Sequence record: AP018399.1
Strand: one strand, 5' to 3'
Length of the DNA: 64,000 nucleotides
The position numbers and the translations under genes were made by a program. Positions 34,336 to 44,246 of this stretch are shown piece after piece; position 1 is the stretch's first letter; each line of letters opens with the position of its first letter. The notes beneath the pieces were generated by a model, which saw only the letters and a program-made list of their open reading frames with translations, had not been told where the DNA came from and did not search any database.

Positions 34336-37269
34336 TTAGCCCAAAACGAAGTGAGTACGCATACCAGTGTTCACGGCATCCTGCATGACCATATCCGATA
34401 GCTCTTCTTCTAGAGCCTGACGTTCAGCCTCAACCTGAGTCTGTAGGTCTTGAGCGTTCAGCGTAGTCGTTCCGTTTGGACCCGGAAGCGTTGCAAACTT
34501 GCCACGAATCTGAGCCAACATCGACTTAGCTTCCATTGTCGCCCAACGCTGAATGAAGTATGCAGTTTCACGGTCGGTTAGAAGGTCTTGTTCAGTACGT
34601 TCCAACACACAGTCAATCAACACACGTTCACGAGTAGCTAGGTAGCTGTGGAGCTTCAAAGTGCGAGTACGTTCTGTCCACTGGAACATGATGCGTTCAG
34701 CGAATAGAGTTTCTAGCTCTTCCATGTAGGCCGAGGTTAGGTGGTAGGTCAAGATATCGAACGTACCTAGCGTGTATAGCTGCTGTAGGGCGGCGAATGA
34801 GAACGAGTCGTTCCATGCGTAAGCCGACTTGAATGCAGCACCGCGAGTACGGTAGATGGTGTTGATATCCACAATCTTGTTGAAACCAACACATTCGTTG
34901 GTCATCAAATAAACCTGCTGGTTCGGTAGGATGTTCAAGAAGAACAATCCACGTAGGTAGCCGTAGCTTGAACGCTTACGGATGACAAGCAGAGCGTTGT
35001 CAATCGCAATGTCTAGCTGTTCCTTGGTTAGTTCAACCGTCTGGCTCGGAGCGCCAAGCAATGAACGAATCGTATCCGCTAGGGCACGACGTTCAGTTGG
35101 GTCGCCGTCGTCACCAACTCCAAGCTGTTCGTATGTCGGACCACCGACTAGACCTGAGCCGCCACCAACCGGGTCATTGTACATGACCGATGGCTTTAGG
35201 AACGTGAATAGGTTACCTGATTCAACGATGATTTTGAACTGAATATCACAGTCAGCGCAGCCCTTACGCTTCGTCTTGAAACGTAGCGCTTCGTACTTTT
35301 CCTTACAGTCGCGTGGAATCCACTCAACGTAAGCAAATGCTGTGGTCGGAATCCATGTAACACCGTCCCACTCCATCAATAGGTCGTCGGTAGTGTTGAA
35401 CCAGATATCACCCTTCTTCGGCGATAGCGGGATTGTGCTGTAGGCAATCTGTACCCAAGCGCCATCGACACGCTGGAATAGTTCCATCATGTCTGGGTTG
35501 TACCAGAAGATACCGTCTTCGATGATGTACGGGTTCTCATCTGAAATGATTGGCTTTAGGTCAATCCAGTTAGCACCATCCCATTCCTTGAATGTGTCCT
35601 TCCAGCGCCAGATATAACCGGCTGGTAGGTTGGTTGGGTCAGCAGCACTAAAGATTACGTCAGCCTCATCACAGTTTACACTTAGAATCTTGACAATCTT
35701 CTTGGTAGTTGGGTTGTACCACACAGCACAGTCCGGTAGGACGCCCGGAATACGAGGGTCCGAAGGAGCTTGGAAGAACTGTAGGGCTTCAACCCACTGC
35801 AAATTTACAGCGTCCCAAACGTATAGCTTGTCCTGAGTGGAATTCCACCATAGGTCACAAGAGCTACGGTCGCGTGGGTCGGTTGGGAACGAAATGTATC
35901 CAGCTTCGTTCCATGTGTCATTTGAGGCATTACGCTGATAGAACTTACCAATTGAAGGCACGAACCAGAACATACCGGCTTCGGGAGTCGGTGGCTTCGG
36001 GAAGTTACCGGCCTTGGTCGGTTCCTTGTAGTAGACGTTGGTTAGCGTTACGAACTCATCGTTCTCTAGAACCATCATCTTCGAATTGGTTTCGTCGTAC
36101 CAGAACGCACCTTCTTCAAGGTTGTTCGGGTCAACAGCCCAATAGATGGCTAGAGCGTCTTCCCACTTCTTGGCATCACTCCAATGGAATAGTTCCTGCT
36201 TGGTCGTGTCGTACCAGTAAGTATTGCATCCGAATACCGGAGGAAGTAGTGGGTTGCGTTCTGAAATGATAACGCATAGTTTACACCAGTGGTTACCATC
36301 CCATTCCCAAGCATCCGTACCATCGAACCACACCTGTCCGCAGACCGGCTTGGTTGGGTCGGATTCCTGAGTGATGATGTTGGTTACTTCAACCCAACCA
36401 CCAGTTTCATAAATGAATAGCTTGTCCTGCTTCGGGCTGAACCAGTACGAACCGATTGCTGGAACAGTCGGGTCAGAGGTTGACCAGATTAGTGGCTGTT
36501 CGATGTTCTTCCAACCATCCCATAGGAATAGGTTTTCGTTTGGAACGTCTAGGTAGTATTCGCCAGCATTCGGCGGTAGTGGGCCGCGAGGCGGACAGAT
36601 TGATTCAGCGAAAGCCTTGTTGATGGCATTCACCAAATCCTTATAGGTTAGAGCGTCACGGCCATGAATCGTGAAGTCGTAGCGCTTGCAGCACATTTGA
36701 ATGGCGAAGCTGTAATCACGGTTCGATTCCAATCCGCTTAGATTGTTGATGCTTAGCGGAACGTTTGAGACGATGGAGATATCCTGATAAGCCGACTGGT
36801 CATCAGTTAGCTTGTCGTTGACGCCAGTCGGTAGTGAGTAGGCGTGTACGCCCTCACGGTGATAGCGAGCCTGAGCGTCAACGGCATAGCCGGAAATGTA
36901 ATACGGAGTCTTCGGAGATAGACCGGTGATGGTTAGCGATGTGGTCTTCTTGTCATTGTAGAACGCACCAACGACAAGAGCCGTGTCCAACTTCGAACCA
37001 ACGTGCAGGTCACGGTCGGCCGTAGGGTCGGCATCGTAATAGTTACCATCCTTCGGTGAGGTAGAGTTGTAGTTCGCAGGAACGTTGTCTACGGTTACAA
37101 CGATACCGTCGTAAGCCTGAGTTTCCGAGTTGCATCCAGCCGAAGGACGCGGAATGTTCCAAGTGATGACGCCAGTAGTATCATCCGTTCGTGTGAACTT
37201 GATGGTGATTTCCTGACCTTCCTTGCGAATCTGTCCCGGACTGTCGGCGAATTTGTCGTATGTTCCCAT
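34336..37269 (-). CDS. Neck/adaptor protein (gp13-like) with ~720-aa N-terminal extension
   Basis: C-terminal IRSLLGAPSQTVELTKEQLDIAIDNAL resembles the T4 gp13 N-terminus; extension has FN3-like segment and repeated W(Y/F)...L..W.G..W units. Confidence 0.7.
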   Translation of the reverse strand: MGTYDKFADSPGQIRKEGQEITIKFTRTDDTTGVITWNIPRPSAGCNSETQAYDGIVVTVDNVPANYNSTSPKDGNYYDADPTADRDLHVGSKLDTALVVGAFYNDKKTTSLTITGLSPKTPYYISGYAVDAQARYHREGVHAYSLPTGVNDKLTDDQSAYQDISIVSNVPLSINNLSGLESNRDYSFAIQMCCKRYDFTIHGRDALTYKDLVNAINKAFAESICPPRGPLPPNAGEYYLDVPNENLFLWDGWKNIEQPLIWSTSDPTVPAIGSYWFSPKQDKLFIYETGGWVEVTNIITQESDPTKPVCGQVWFDGTDAWEWDGNHWCKLCVIISERNPLLPPVFGCNTYWYDTTKQELFHWSDAKKWEDALAIYWAVDPNNLEEGAFWYDETNSKMMVLENDEFVTLTNVYYKEPTKAGNFPKPPTPEAGMFWFVPSIGKFYQRNASNDTWNEAGYISFPTDPRDRSSCDLWWNSTQDKLYVWDAVNLQWVEALQFFQAPSDPRIPGVLPDCAVWYNPTTKKIVKILSVNCDEADVIFSAADPTNLPAGYIWRWKDTFKEWDGANWIDLKPIISDENPYIIEDGIFWYNPDMMELFQRVDGAWVQIAYSTIPLSPKKGDIWFNTTDDLLMEWDGVTWIPTTAFAYVEWIPRDCKEKYEALRFKTKRKGCADCDIQFKIIVESGNLFTFLKPSVMYNDPVGGGSGLVGGPTYEQLGVGDDGDPTERRALADTIRSLLGAPSQTVELTKEQLDIAIDNALLVIRKRSSYGYLRGLFFLNILPNQQVYLMTNECVGFNKIVDINTIYRTRGAAFKSAYAWNDSFSFAALQQLYTLGTFDILTYHLTSAYMEELETLFAERIMFQWTERTRTLKLHSYLATRERVLIDCVLERTEQDLLTDRETAYFIQRWATMEAKSMLAQIRGKFATLPGPNGTTTLNAQDLQTQVEAERQALEEELSDMVMQDAVNTGMRTHFVLG

Positions 37270-37291
37270 TGCTTATCTCTGGTTATTCCAA

Positions 37292-37298
37292 TATTTAT
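37292..37298 (-). promoter_or_regulatory. Late promoter core ATAAATA
   Basis: ~23 nt upstream of the gp13-like start. Confidence 0.6.
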
Positions 37299-37305
37299 CA
37301 GGGTA

Positions 37306-37986
37306 TTAGTGTTCGATGGCTTCGATGACTTGGCCCTTATACACCTTTCCTGTAATGTCTCCATTCAATTCTTTGATAGAACGTTCGGCGTCACCTAGCA
37401 TGGTTGACATGAGTAGGTTGACGATTAGGAATAGGGTGTTGGTACGGGCGATGTTCGAAGAGTAGGCGTTTGAGCTACCGATGGTTTCCACGTAAGTGAA
37501 TAGCATATCAAACGACGGTCCAGCCCAACGACTGAACTTGGTGATGACTACTTCCGGGATACCTTCCATACGGGCAGTACCGTTCGCCGCAGAAATCATT
37601 TGACTCATGCGGGTACTCATTTCGATTGTCCACTGGTCAGCAGGCCAACCCTTCATGTTGGTCACCGCAATGTCCTTACATCCATCCATGATGGTCTTGA
37701 TGTAGATGCGAAGCAAGTCCACCATCAATTGCTGACGTACAGGCTTGTCCGAAAAGATTTCAAGGTTTGGAAGTTCGATGGCTAGACGATACTGAGCCGT
37801 CGAGAATAGGACATGGTAACGCAAGTCGGATTCGTCTCCAACTTTGATGCCGTTCTTACTCGCTGCCTTCTTGAACTGCCATGTCTTAATCCACTGGATA
37901 GCAGCAAATCCGCCCAAGGCCACCAAGACGAAAGCGATGAATCCCGGCCATCCCAATTGAAGGAGTAGCTTTCCTAAAACTTCCAC
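37306..37986 (-). CDS. N-terminally membrane-anchored protein, holin candidate
   Basis: GTG start, single strong TM (GWPGFIAFVLVALGGFAAIQWI) then soluble domain; late motif at 38011..38017; near endolysin. Confidence 0.55.
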   Translation of the reverse strand: MEVLGKLLLQLGWPGFIAFVLVALGGFAAIQWIKTWQFKKAASKNGIKVGDESDLRYHVLFSTAQYRLAIELPNLEIFSDKPVRQQLMVDLLRIYIKTIMDGCKDIAVTNMKGWPADQWTIEMSTRMSQMISAANGTARMEGIPEVVITKFSRWAGPSFDMLFTYVETIGSSNAYSSNIARTNTLFLIVNLLMSTMLGDAERSIKELNGDITGKVYKGQVIEAIEH

Positions 37987-38026
37987 GGTTTATCCCTAAG
38001 TCTATGCTATTATTTATTTGCCAGTG

Positions 38027-38356
38027 TCAGACTAGGGCTTTAATTTGTTTACAATTGGCACTGGTCCATTCGAACATCTTGTTCGAAGTCCAGCAGGGGA
38101 TGAACTCTTGTTCTTTGTCAGATACGACGATGAGGCGTTTGAGGATGGGGGTGTCAGATTCATATTCCCAAAGGATTTTGACGGTATCCTTTGGCTTCAA
38201 GGAAAGATACGACTTCTCGGTCGTGAAAGATTCCACGACAGGAATCTTGCAATACTTCGTAATGGAATACTCAATGTTCGTGCGGATGTTTTCGACACCA
38301 GCACGCTTGAGAAGTTCCTTATTGTCGTAGTAGTCCTTAAAGGATAGATGCTTCAT
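38027..38356 (-). CDS. Hypothetical protein
   Basis: Start set to ATG 38356 immediately after the upstream stop; LSFKDYY..KE.L pattern. Confidence 0.65.
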   Translation of the reverse strand: MKHLSFKDYYDNKELLKRAGVENIRTNIEYSITKYCKIPVVESFTTEKSYLSLKPKDTVKILWEYESDTPILKRLIVVSDKEQEFIPCWTSNKMFEWTSANCKQIKALV

Positions 38357-38357
38357 A

Positions 38358-38627
38358 TCAGTGTCTTGCGTCAACTAAACTCAATTCAAGATGGTTGGCG
38401 ATGAAAGCATCCCAGCCATTACTATCTAGATTTCCACTCTGGGTGGAGTATCCAACAACAAACGTGTTGCCGGAAACGGTACCGGAGAGATATTGTACTA
38501 TCTCTCCGGCGTGTTCTAACCCGAAATAGATGGTGCCTTCATCAATGAACCAGATTACGTTTGAGCTAATGCGGAGTCCGTACTGTGCGATAGCTCGCTT
38601 GAAATACCTCTGTTGGTCAGGGTTCAT
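38358..38627 (-). CDS. Hypothetical protein
   Basis: TAATG overlap with the endolysin stop. Confidence 0.65.
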   Translation of the reverse strand: MNPDQQRYFKRAIAQYGLRISSNVIWFIDEGTIYFGLEHAGEIVQYLSGTVSGNTFVVGYSTQSGNLDSNGWDAFIANHLELSLVDARH

Positions 38628-39334
38628 TAGATGCCTAGCAACTTCTTGGCTCTGGCGAGTTGCTTAACGCGGTCGTCCATACCATTCGGTGTAGCGGTGC
38701 TTGCTGCGTTACCCAAGTTGACGACCTTTGATACAGCTAGACCATCATCCTTATCAGCCCACTTGTTTAGGTTGTTGGTGTCCCAATACCAAATAGCTGA
38801 CTTCAATGCGTCGATAGGCTGGGCAAGTAGCTCGGGCGTCTTGAGAATGCGGTCGTCGCCATAAGCCGACTTGGAATACTTGGTGTAGTTGTCCTTACCG
38901 GTCAACTGGAAGTAACCACGGCCCCGATGCTTCCACCCATCACCAGATGCTTCGTTCCCGTTACCCATGCGGTTGGCATATACACGGTTGGCAATCTGCT
39001 CTGGCTTACGAGCATACTGCTGCTGTAGAGCGGCAGTTGGGAAATACTTCTTGAACACACGGCCTAGAGCATCAGCCGAGTAGTTCAAGTTCTCTGTCGT
39101 AACGGAGAATAGAGCCGACTCATGACCAGCTTGTGCTAGGAAATGTGCAACGCGGAGTTTTGTGTTTACGTTGCTGGCATTCAAGATGGCAGCTAGGGCT
39201 TCGGCATCCTTCGCAAGAGCCGGAGCAAATTGAGTTAGAATCTGTGCGGTTACTGCGCCCATAGTGGGTTCCTCTGTAATACGAAGACCAACGTCTGGAT
39301 ACTCAAACCATTTGATGAAAGGGTTGTTCTTCAT
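38627..39334 (-). CDS. Endolysin, glycoside hydrolase family 19
   Basis: AHFLAQAGHES, ENLNYS, IANRVYANRMGNG, HRGRGYFQLTGKDNY; late motif at 39340..39346. Confidence 0.92.
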   Translation of the reverse strand: MKNNPFIKWFEYPDVGLRITEEPTMGAVTAQILTQFAPALAKDAEALAAILNASNVNTKLRVAHFLAQAGHESALFSVTTENLNYSADALGRVFKKYFPTAALQQQYARKPEQIANRVYANRMGNGNEASGDGWKHRGRGYFQLTGKDNYTKYSKSAYGDDRILKTPELLAQPIDALKSAIWYWDTNNLNKWADKDDGLAVSKVVNLGNAASTATPNGMDDRVKQLARAKKLLGI

Positions 39335-39368
39335 GGTTATATTTATTTTCGATTGTCAAACTACGGGC

Positions 39369-39395
39369 AAAAAGAAAGGGAGCTTATGCTCCCTT
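39369..39395 (-). terminator. Rho-independent terminator
   Basis: AAGGGAGC/GCTCCCTT stem followed by TCTTTTT. Confidence 0.75.
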
Positions 39396-39794
39396 CTTCT
39401 TGTAACTGTATTGATTTGACTCATCTACTGGCCCAAGTTCAAACTCAGACACGTATGCCTGCTTCTTACTGGTACCCAACTTATATGCTGGTGTGGGTGG
39501 TGTCCAATCCCTTGTCTCAAAGCGTGTAGGCTTCTTTGGTTCCGGCTTGGCAAGATTGTGTTTCTCAATCTCGGCTAGGGTCGGTAGTGGATTGACTTGC
39601 TCTCCATACAGAATCTTGTTGTGTGTATCACGTAGAACCTCGTCAGCATATTCCTTGATGACTTGGTTACTCTGTGCATCATGGATTAGCATCGCAAGGA
39701 ACAACTTAGTTGTATTCTGCTGATGTTTGTTCCACTTGACGCCAAGCTGCTTCTGTAGATTGCCGATTACCGATTCGATTGTTAGTGTAGTCAT
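39384..39794 (-). CDS. Hypothetical protein
   Basis: 136-aa ORF with AGGT SD between capsid and endolysin genes. Confidence 0.65.
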   Translation of the reverse strand: MTTLTIESVIGNLQKQLGVKWNKHQQNTTKLFLAMLIHDAQSNQVIKEYADEVLRDTHNKILYGEQVNPLPTLAEIEKHNLAKPEPKKPTRFETRDWTPPTPAYKLGTSKKQAYVSEFELGPVDESNQYSYKKKGA

Positions 39795-39829
39795 ATAATT
39801 TACCTATAGTGTCAGGCTATATATGACCC

Positions 39830-39861
39830 AAAAAAGAAGGAGAGCATTTCTGCTCTCCTTC
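39830..39861 (-). terminator. Rho-independent terminator after the major capsid gene
   Basis: 11-bp stem GAAGGAGAGCA/TGCTCTCCTTC followed by TTTTTT. Confidence 0.88.
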
Positions 39862-39896
39862 CCGTGTTGCTTTGCTCTTTGCCAGAGCCAAGTTGA

Positions 39897-41288
39897 TTAG
39901 ACTTGGCTTAGGTTTAGAACGTTTAGACGACCGTAGTAGTCGGCCGAGTTGCCTAGCGACGTGTTAGGGTCGGTGAAGGCTAGCTTGGCGTAACGAGTCA
40001 TCAAGGAAACGCTTGGGTTGTAGGTGTCTGGGTTGACAACCACACCGCTTGACATTAGAGGAATGTATGGGCAGTAGAAGTAGCCAGCGTCAGTTTCACC
40101 GTTGCCACCCTTGTAACCGACTAGGATGCGGTTCGGGTTGCTTGAGCCAAGCTGTTCCTGATTCCAGATGTAGCTATACACCTTGATTGTGCCGTTTAGC
40201 GTACCAACCAACTGAGTGTTGTTTGGACCCTTGAACGAACCTTCAACCGCTGGGGCGAAGACAGCCTTAGCTGCGCTCTGTAGGACAGAGACAACAACCG
40301 GCGACACAACGATGTAGTTACCAGCGCCACGACGAGTCTTACGAGCGATTTCGTTCGCAATTTCGTTGATGAACACTGCTAGGTGCGAGTAACGGTCACC
40401 AACCCAAGCCGGAGCGTAAGTAGGACCGCTTGAAGCGTTGAAGTCGAAGGTACGAACGGTACCAGCTAGACCTAGTAGGTCTTGGATGATTTCCGAGTCG
40501 ATTTCCTGAACGATTTCAGCCGATAGAGCCTTAGTCATTTCTGATTCTAGGTCTAGACCGTGCTGCGAGTTCAAGTCCTGCATCGCTTCGATGGTCCAAC
40601 CAGCCTGTAGCTTGCGTGAGCCAGCTTCAACAGCCTGAGATAGAACCTTTAGGCTCATCTTACGACCACCCGAAGCTTCTAGCGTACCACCGCCACCACC
40701 TAGTAGTGAACCACCAACTGGTAGAGAGTAAGCGCCGAAGTTCATTGTGCCGGTGTCGTATGAAGTCACGTTGTCAGCAGCCGGAGCGTACCAACCGTAA
40801 CCCTGACCCGTAGCAGCAGCAATGTCGCCCGGTGAAGCTGGGCCTAGACCTGACGAACCAGCAGGAACGCCGGTACCGATTGTGCCTGAGTAGAACTGAC
40901 GGATTGGCTTAGCGTTGCCGAAAGCTTCGTCACCCTGAGCGATATCGTAACCACCGAACACGGAGTTAGCCGGGTTGTGGGTCATGTCTTCGCCGTAGGT
41001 GTAGCGTAGGGTGTAGGCTAGACCGACCGGACCTGACATTGGCTGGACGCCAACTAGTTCGGTAGCGATTGTGCCCGGAATGATACGGCGAACCATCGGA
41101 AGAAGAGTCTTACGGAAGTTAGCAATGTCATTGGCCTGAATGGCACCAGCAGAAGCCGTTTCGGCTAGCATGATGTTCTTCTGGTTTTCTAGTAGCGGAG
41201 CTACGATTTCCTTCTGGGATTCGTTTAGGCCGGTTAGAAGCGCCGACTTCATTTCACCCCAATTTTCATTTAGTTCTGTATACAACAT
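39897..41288 (-). CDS. gp23: Major capsid protein (T4 gp23-like)
   Basis: LLENQ, VGVQPMSGP, SRKLQAGWTIEAMQDL...HGLDLESEM, EIDSEII, VGYKG, YCPYIPL, MTRY motifs. Confidence 0.96.
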   Translation of the reverse strand: MLYTELNENWGEMKSALLTGLNESQKEIVAPLLENQKNIMLAETASAGAIQANDIANFRKTLLPMVRRIIPGTIATELVGVQPMSGPVGLAYTLRYTYGEDMTHNPANSVFGGYDIAQGDEAFGNAKPIRQFYSGTIGTGVPAGSSGLGPASPGDIAAATGQGYGWYAPAADNVTSYDTGTMNFGAYSLPVGGSLLGGGGGTLEASGGRKMSLKVLSQAVEAGSRKLQAGWTIEAMQDLNSQHGLDLESEMTKALSAEIVQEIDSEIIQDLLGLAGTVRTFDFNASSGPTYAPAWVGDRYSHLAVFINEIANEIARKTRRGAGNYIVVSPVVVSVLQSAAKAVFAPAVEGSFKGPNNTQLVGTLNGTIKVYSYIWNQEQLGSSNPNRILVGYKGGNGETDAGYFYCPYIPLMSSGVVVNPDTYNPSVSLMTRYAKLAFTDPNTSLGNSADYYGRLNVLNLSQV

Positions 41289-41357
41289 TTGAAGTTTCTC
41301 CTAAGAAATTGTTGTTGTGAGGGTACTGCGGAATTACTTGTGTTAGCCGTTTAAAAA

Positions 41358-42314
41358 TTAGCCCTTGATACCAGCTAGCTTCATCATGTTCTTGGCGCTT
41401 TCGCTTAGCTCAACCTTGGCCGGTGCGGCTTCTGGCTGGACTTCGCTATCACCGGTTAGAGTGACAGTGCCTTCGGTTAGTGAATCTTCCTTGGTTTCTA
41501 GAGTTTCACCTTCGGCTAGTACAGGTGCTTCCACGGCGGGAGTGGCACTTTCCTTCTCCGAATTCTTTGTTACACTTTCGTGTAGAACGCGACCAATGAA
41601 CTTCTGGTAGCTTTCTTCTAGCTTCTCGGTCGGAACCGACACTAGGATTGCTTCCATGATTTCACGAGGGCGACCCTGTAGTGACGAAAGCACAGTTTCT
41701 AGCTTGTCCTTGCGGGCCGAAGCTGCAACTTCCTTCTGAGCTTCCGCTAGAAGTTCGTCACGCTTCGCTAGTTCTGCCTGAGCTTCGTCTAGCTTGGCCT
41801 GTAGAGCATCTAGTCCCTTGTCAGCGGTTGAGAACTGTTCGAACTCACCCATGAAGGTTTCGAAAATCTTACGGCCTAGATTGTTCTTACGTACTTCTTC
41901 GATAGATTCCTTTAGCTCTTCGACTTCTTCCGATAGACGTAGTTCTAGGAATGTATCTAGACGCTCAACTAGCTTTTCCATGTCCTTTTCGACAGCTTCG
42001 GCTAGTGATGCCTTTTCGTCTGCAAGCTTGGCTGCAAACTCAACTTCCAAATCGCGGAAGTTAGAAATGTCTTCTGCTAGTTCTGCTAGCTGTTCCTGTA
42101 GCATTTCTTCAACCTTAGTGTCGAGAGCTTCAATCAGAGCTTCGCGGTCTGCGGCGAACTGAGTGGCATATTCAACAACTAGGGCTTCCTTCTGCTCGGT
42201 GACCTGTGCTTCAACCTGTTCAGCGATAGTCTGCTGGATGGCATCTGCTAGTTCGGTCTTGACTTCTTCTGTCAAGAGTTCTGACGATAGAAGCTTTTCT
42301 AGTAGTTCTTTCAT
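41358..42314 (-). CDS. Prohead core scaffold protein (gp22-like)
   Basis: Highly acidic coiled-coil protein directly upstream of the MCP; late motif at 42352..42358. Confidence 0.8.
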   Translation of the reverse strand: MKELLEKLLSSELLTEEVKTELADAIQQTIAEQVEAQVTEQKEALVVEYATQFAADREALIEALDTKVEEMLQEQLAELAEDISNFRDLEVEFAAKLADEKASLAEAVEKDMEKLVERLDTFLELRLSEEVEELKESIEEVRKNNLGRKIFETFMGEFEQFSTADKGLDALQAKLDEAQAELAKRDELLAEAQKEVAASARKDKLETVLSSLQGRPREIMEAILVSVPTEKLEESYQKFIGRVLHESVTKNSEKESATPAVEAPVLAEGETLETKEDSLTEGTVTLTGDSEVQPEAAPAKVELSESAKNMMKLAGIKG

Positions 42315-42461
42315 AATCTTTACAACTCCTGATGTTTAAAAATTACACTAATATTTATGTGGGTTGTTTCTAAATTTAATACAGCCCCTTAAAAAGAATG
42401 TAAGTGCTTGATTTGTAAAGGAAATATTTTTGGAGGATTTTTGAAAATTCGACGTAAGGTA

Positions 42462-42490
42462 TTGATTTGCTTACATGAGTGTGGTAGAAT
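42462..42490 (+). promoter_or_regulatory. Sigma70-like promoter TTGATT-17-TAGAAT (extended -10)
   Basis: Upstream of the 42518 start with AGGAG SD. Confidence 0.6.
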
Positions 42491-42517
42491 CGCCGCGCAA
42501 ATAGGAGCAAGTCTTTC

Positions 42518-42763
42518 ATGTCTAAGTTGAATTCGAATGCAGCATCATTGGCTGGGAAGTACATCCGGCAGACCAGTCCAGAAAACGTGGTCGATACTCG
42601 CAAGCGTCGAGGGCTGCAAGCCGAAATTAATAAGATGGACGCTATCAGGAAGCTCATCCTGAACAGCAAAATTGAGGATAAGGAGCTACTTCGTTTCAGA
42701 ACCGAAGTGAATAAGTTACTCTACGTGGTAGAAAGTCAGCTTACGGGTCCAGTTTCAGTCTAA
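42518..42763 (+). CDS. Small helical hypothetical protein
   Basis: AGGAG SD and promoter upstream. Confidence 0.7.
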   Translation: MSKLNSNAASLAGKYIRQTSPENVVDTRKRRGLQAEINKMDAIRKLILNSKIEDKELLRFRTEVNKLLYVVESQLTGPVSV

Positions 42764-42787
42764 ATAAAATCACCACACAGGTGATTT

Positions 42788-43048
42788 ATGCTTGACTTGA
42801 ATGACTACACCATCCTACTGAAAGTTCTAGAACGTGAAGTGAAAATTGCGGACCCAATGACCGCATCCAATATTGCCAGAGAGCTATCGGCAATTTACTT
42901 GAAATGTACATATGCTGGCCCGCAGAAGGGCACCGCCGAACGGCTACGCAGCATGATTACCTACATCCAGCGGACCATCCCGGATTACTCCGAAGTTCTG
43001 TCCGACCTACTCCAAGACGTTATCCTGAAAATAGAAAACCGTGCTTAG
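42788..43048 (+). CDS. Small helical hypothetical protein
   Basis: AGGTGA SD, follows 42518..42763. Confidence 0.65.
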   Translation: MLDLNDYTILLKVLEREVKIADPMTASNIARELSAIYLKCTYAGPQKGTAERLRSMITYIQRTIPDYSEVLSDLLQDVILKIENRA

Positions 43049-43221
43049 TCTTCCAACGTAAGCACGGTCATTTCTGTTTCTGACTGAGACACCAGTACAT
43101 TCAATCCCGGTACCGAATCCTTTAGCTGCTGTGACAGTTTCGCCATAGCATCCGTGGACATATCGGATGGTACTTGAATTACGATAAGGTGTTTCTTAGT
43201 CTTGAGTTTTACTTCCTGCAT
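43045..43221 (-). CDS. 58-aa hypothetical protein (below ORF-track cut-off)
   Basis: MQEVKLKTKKHLIVIQVPSDMSTDAMAKLSQQLKDSVPGLNVLVSQSETEMTVLTLED fills the otherwise empty gap; AGGA upstream. Confidence 0.5.
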   Translation of the reverse strand: MQEVKLKTKKHLIVIQVPSDMSTDAMAKLSQQLKDSVPGLNVLVSQSETEMTVLTLED

Positions 43222-43909
43222 TCACGATTCCTAGTGCGTGTTCGATGTACACACTCGCATGATGGTACTTGGTGAAGTTGTAGAACTTCTTCTTGAACTT
43301 CCACAGGAATTGTGGAATCGGACGGCTCCATTCCATGAAGAATGTAGTCGGTGGGAGAAGCGGAACCGGGTCACCCTCAATTCGATATCCCACATGAGAA
43401 ATCTTGTTCTTCACGTTCTCGTTGAAGTACACCTTCGGGGAAGCAAATGTAATTGCGAACCCTTCGTAATGTTCTGCACCGAGAATGGCTAGCGCACCAC
43501 CTAGCGAGTGTCCTGTAAAGATAACTGATTTAGGATTAAAAATCAAGGGGTCAATTAGCTTCTTGAGGTCAGCGAACGCCATGACGAAGCCACGGTGAGC
43601 CTTACGGCCAGCCGGATTCTTCTTAGGTAGGAAGTTCAAAACACGCTTGGTGTTCGACCACATGGAGAATTCCGTACCACGGAATGCCACATACTTGTTA
43701 CCCTTGTAGGTGATGTACAGGGCTTTCAAGCCATTTACTTGCAAAATGGTCAGGCTTTCCACACCCAACTCCTGCCCAATCTTGGTGATGAACTCATCAC
43801 TGAAATAGGCAAGAGTAGAGAATAGAAGTGAAGTCTGGGTAATGTCAGAGGCCGTTGAGTCCTTGACTACCGCGTATAGCTTACGAAACGAAAGAAGACG
43901 AGCGTCCAC
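43196..43909 (-). CDS. Lipase class 3 (alpha/beta hydrolase)
   Basis: VAFRGTE, AHRGF, FTGHSLGGALA nucleophile elbow, ITFASPKV, DPVPLLP, HHASVY. Confidence 0.88.
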   Translation of the reverse strand: MDARLLSFRKLYAVVKDSTASDITQTSLLFSTLAYFSDEFITKIGQELGVESLTILQVNGLKALYITYKGNKYVAFRGTEFSMWSNTKRVLNFLPKKNPAGRKAHRGFVMAFADLKKLIDPLIFNPKSVIFTGHSLGGALAILGAEHYEGFAITFASPKVYFNENVKNKISHVGYRIEGDPVPLLPPTTFFMEWSRPIPQFLWKFKKKFYNFTKYHHASVYIEHALGIVNAGSKTQD

Positions 43910-43943
43910 AGAAGAATCCTCATAATAGGGTGTAACCTATTAT

Positions 43944-44246
43944 TTAATCTTCGGTGCCAAACTCCAACTCAATATCCATGCAGAATTCTTCGCAGATTGC
44001 GATGAATTCCTTGATTTGCTTTTGAGATAGTTTGCCGACGTACTGTAGACCGTCTTGTGGCTTGTTAGCCTTCAACAAGCTCTTGAGTGTGACGTAATCG
44101 TAGTAGGTGTAGTTCTCTTCACCTACGAACCAGACTACCAAAAGCTGGTATTTCTTGGCACGGGAATATTCCTTGTCCCAATAAATGTACCAGTCGGAGT
44201 TCTTGAATTCCGAGTAAATTTGGTAGGAGAGTTCGGTGTCAGTCAT
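43944..44246 (-). CDS. Hypothetical protein
   Basis: 100-aa ORF in the accessory operon. Confidence 0.65.
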   Translation of the reverse strand: MTDTELSYQIYSEFKNSDWYIYWDKEYSRAKKYQLLVVWFVGEENYTYYDYVTLKSLLKANKPQDGLQYVGKLSQKQIKEFIAICEEFCMDIELEFGTED

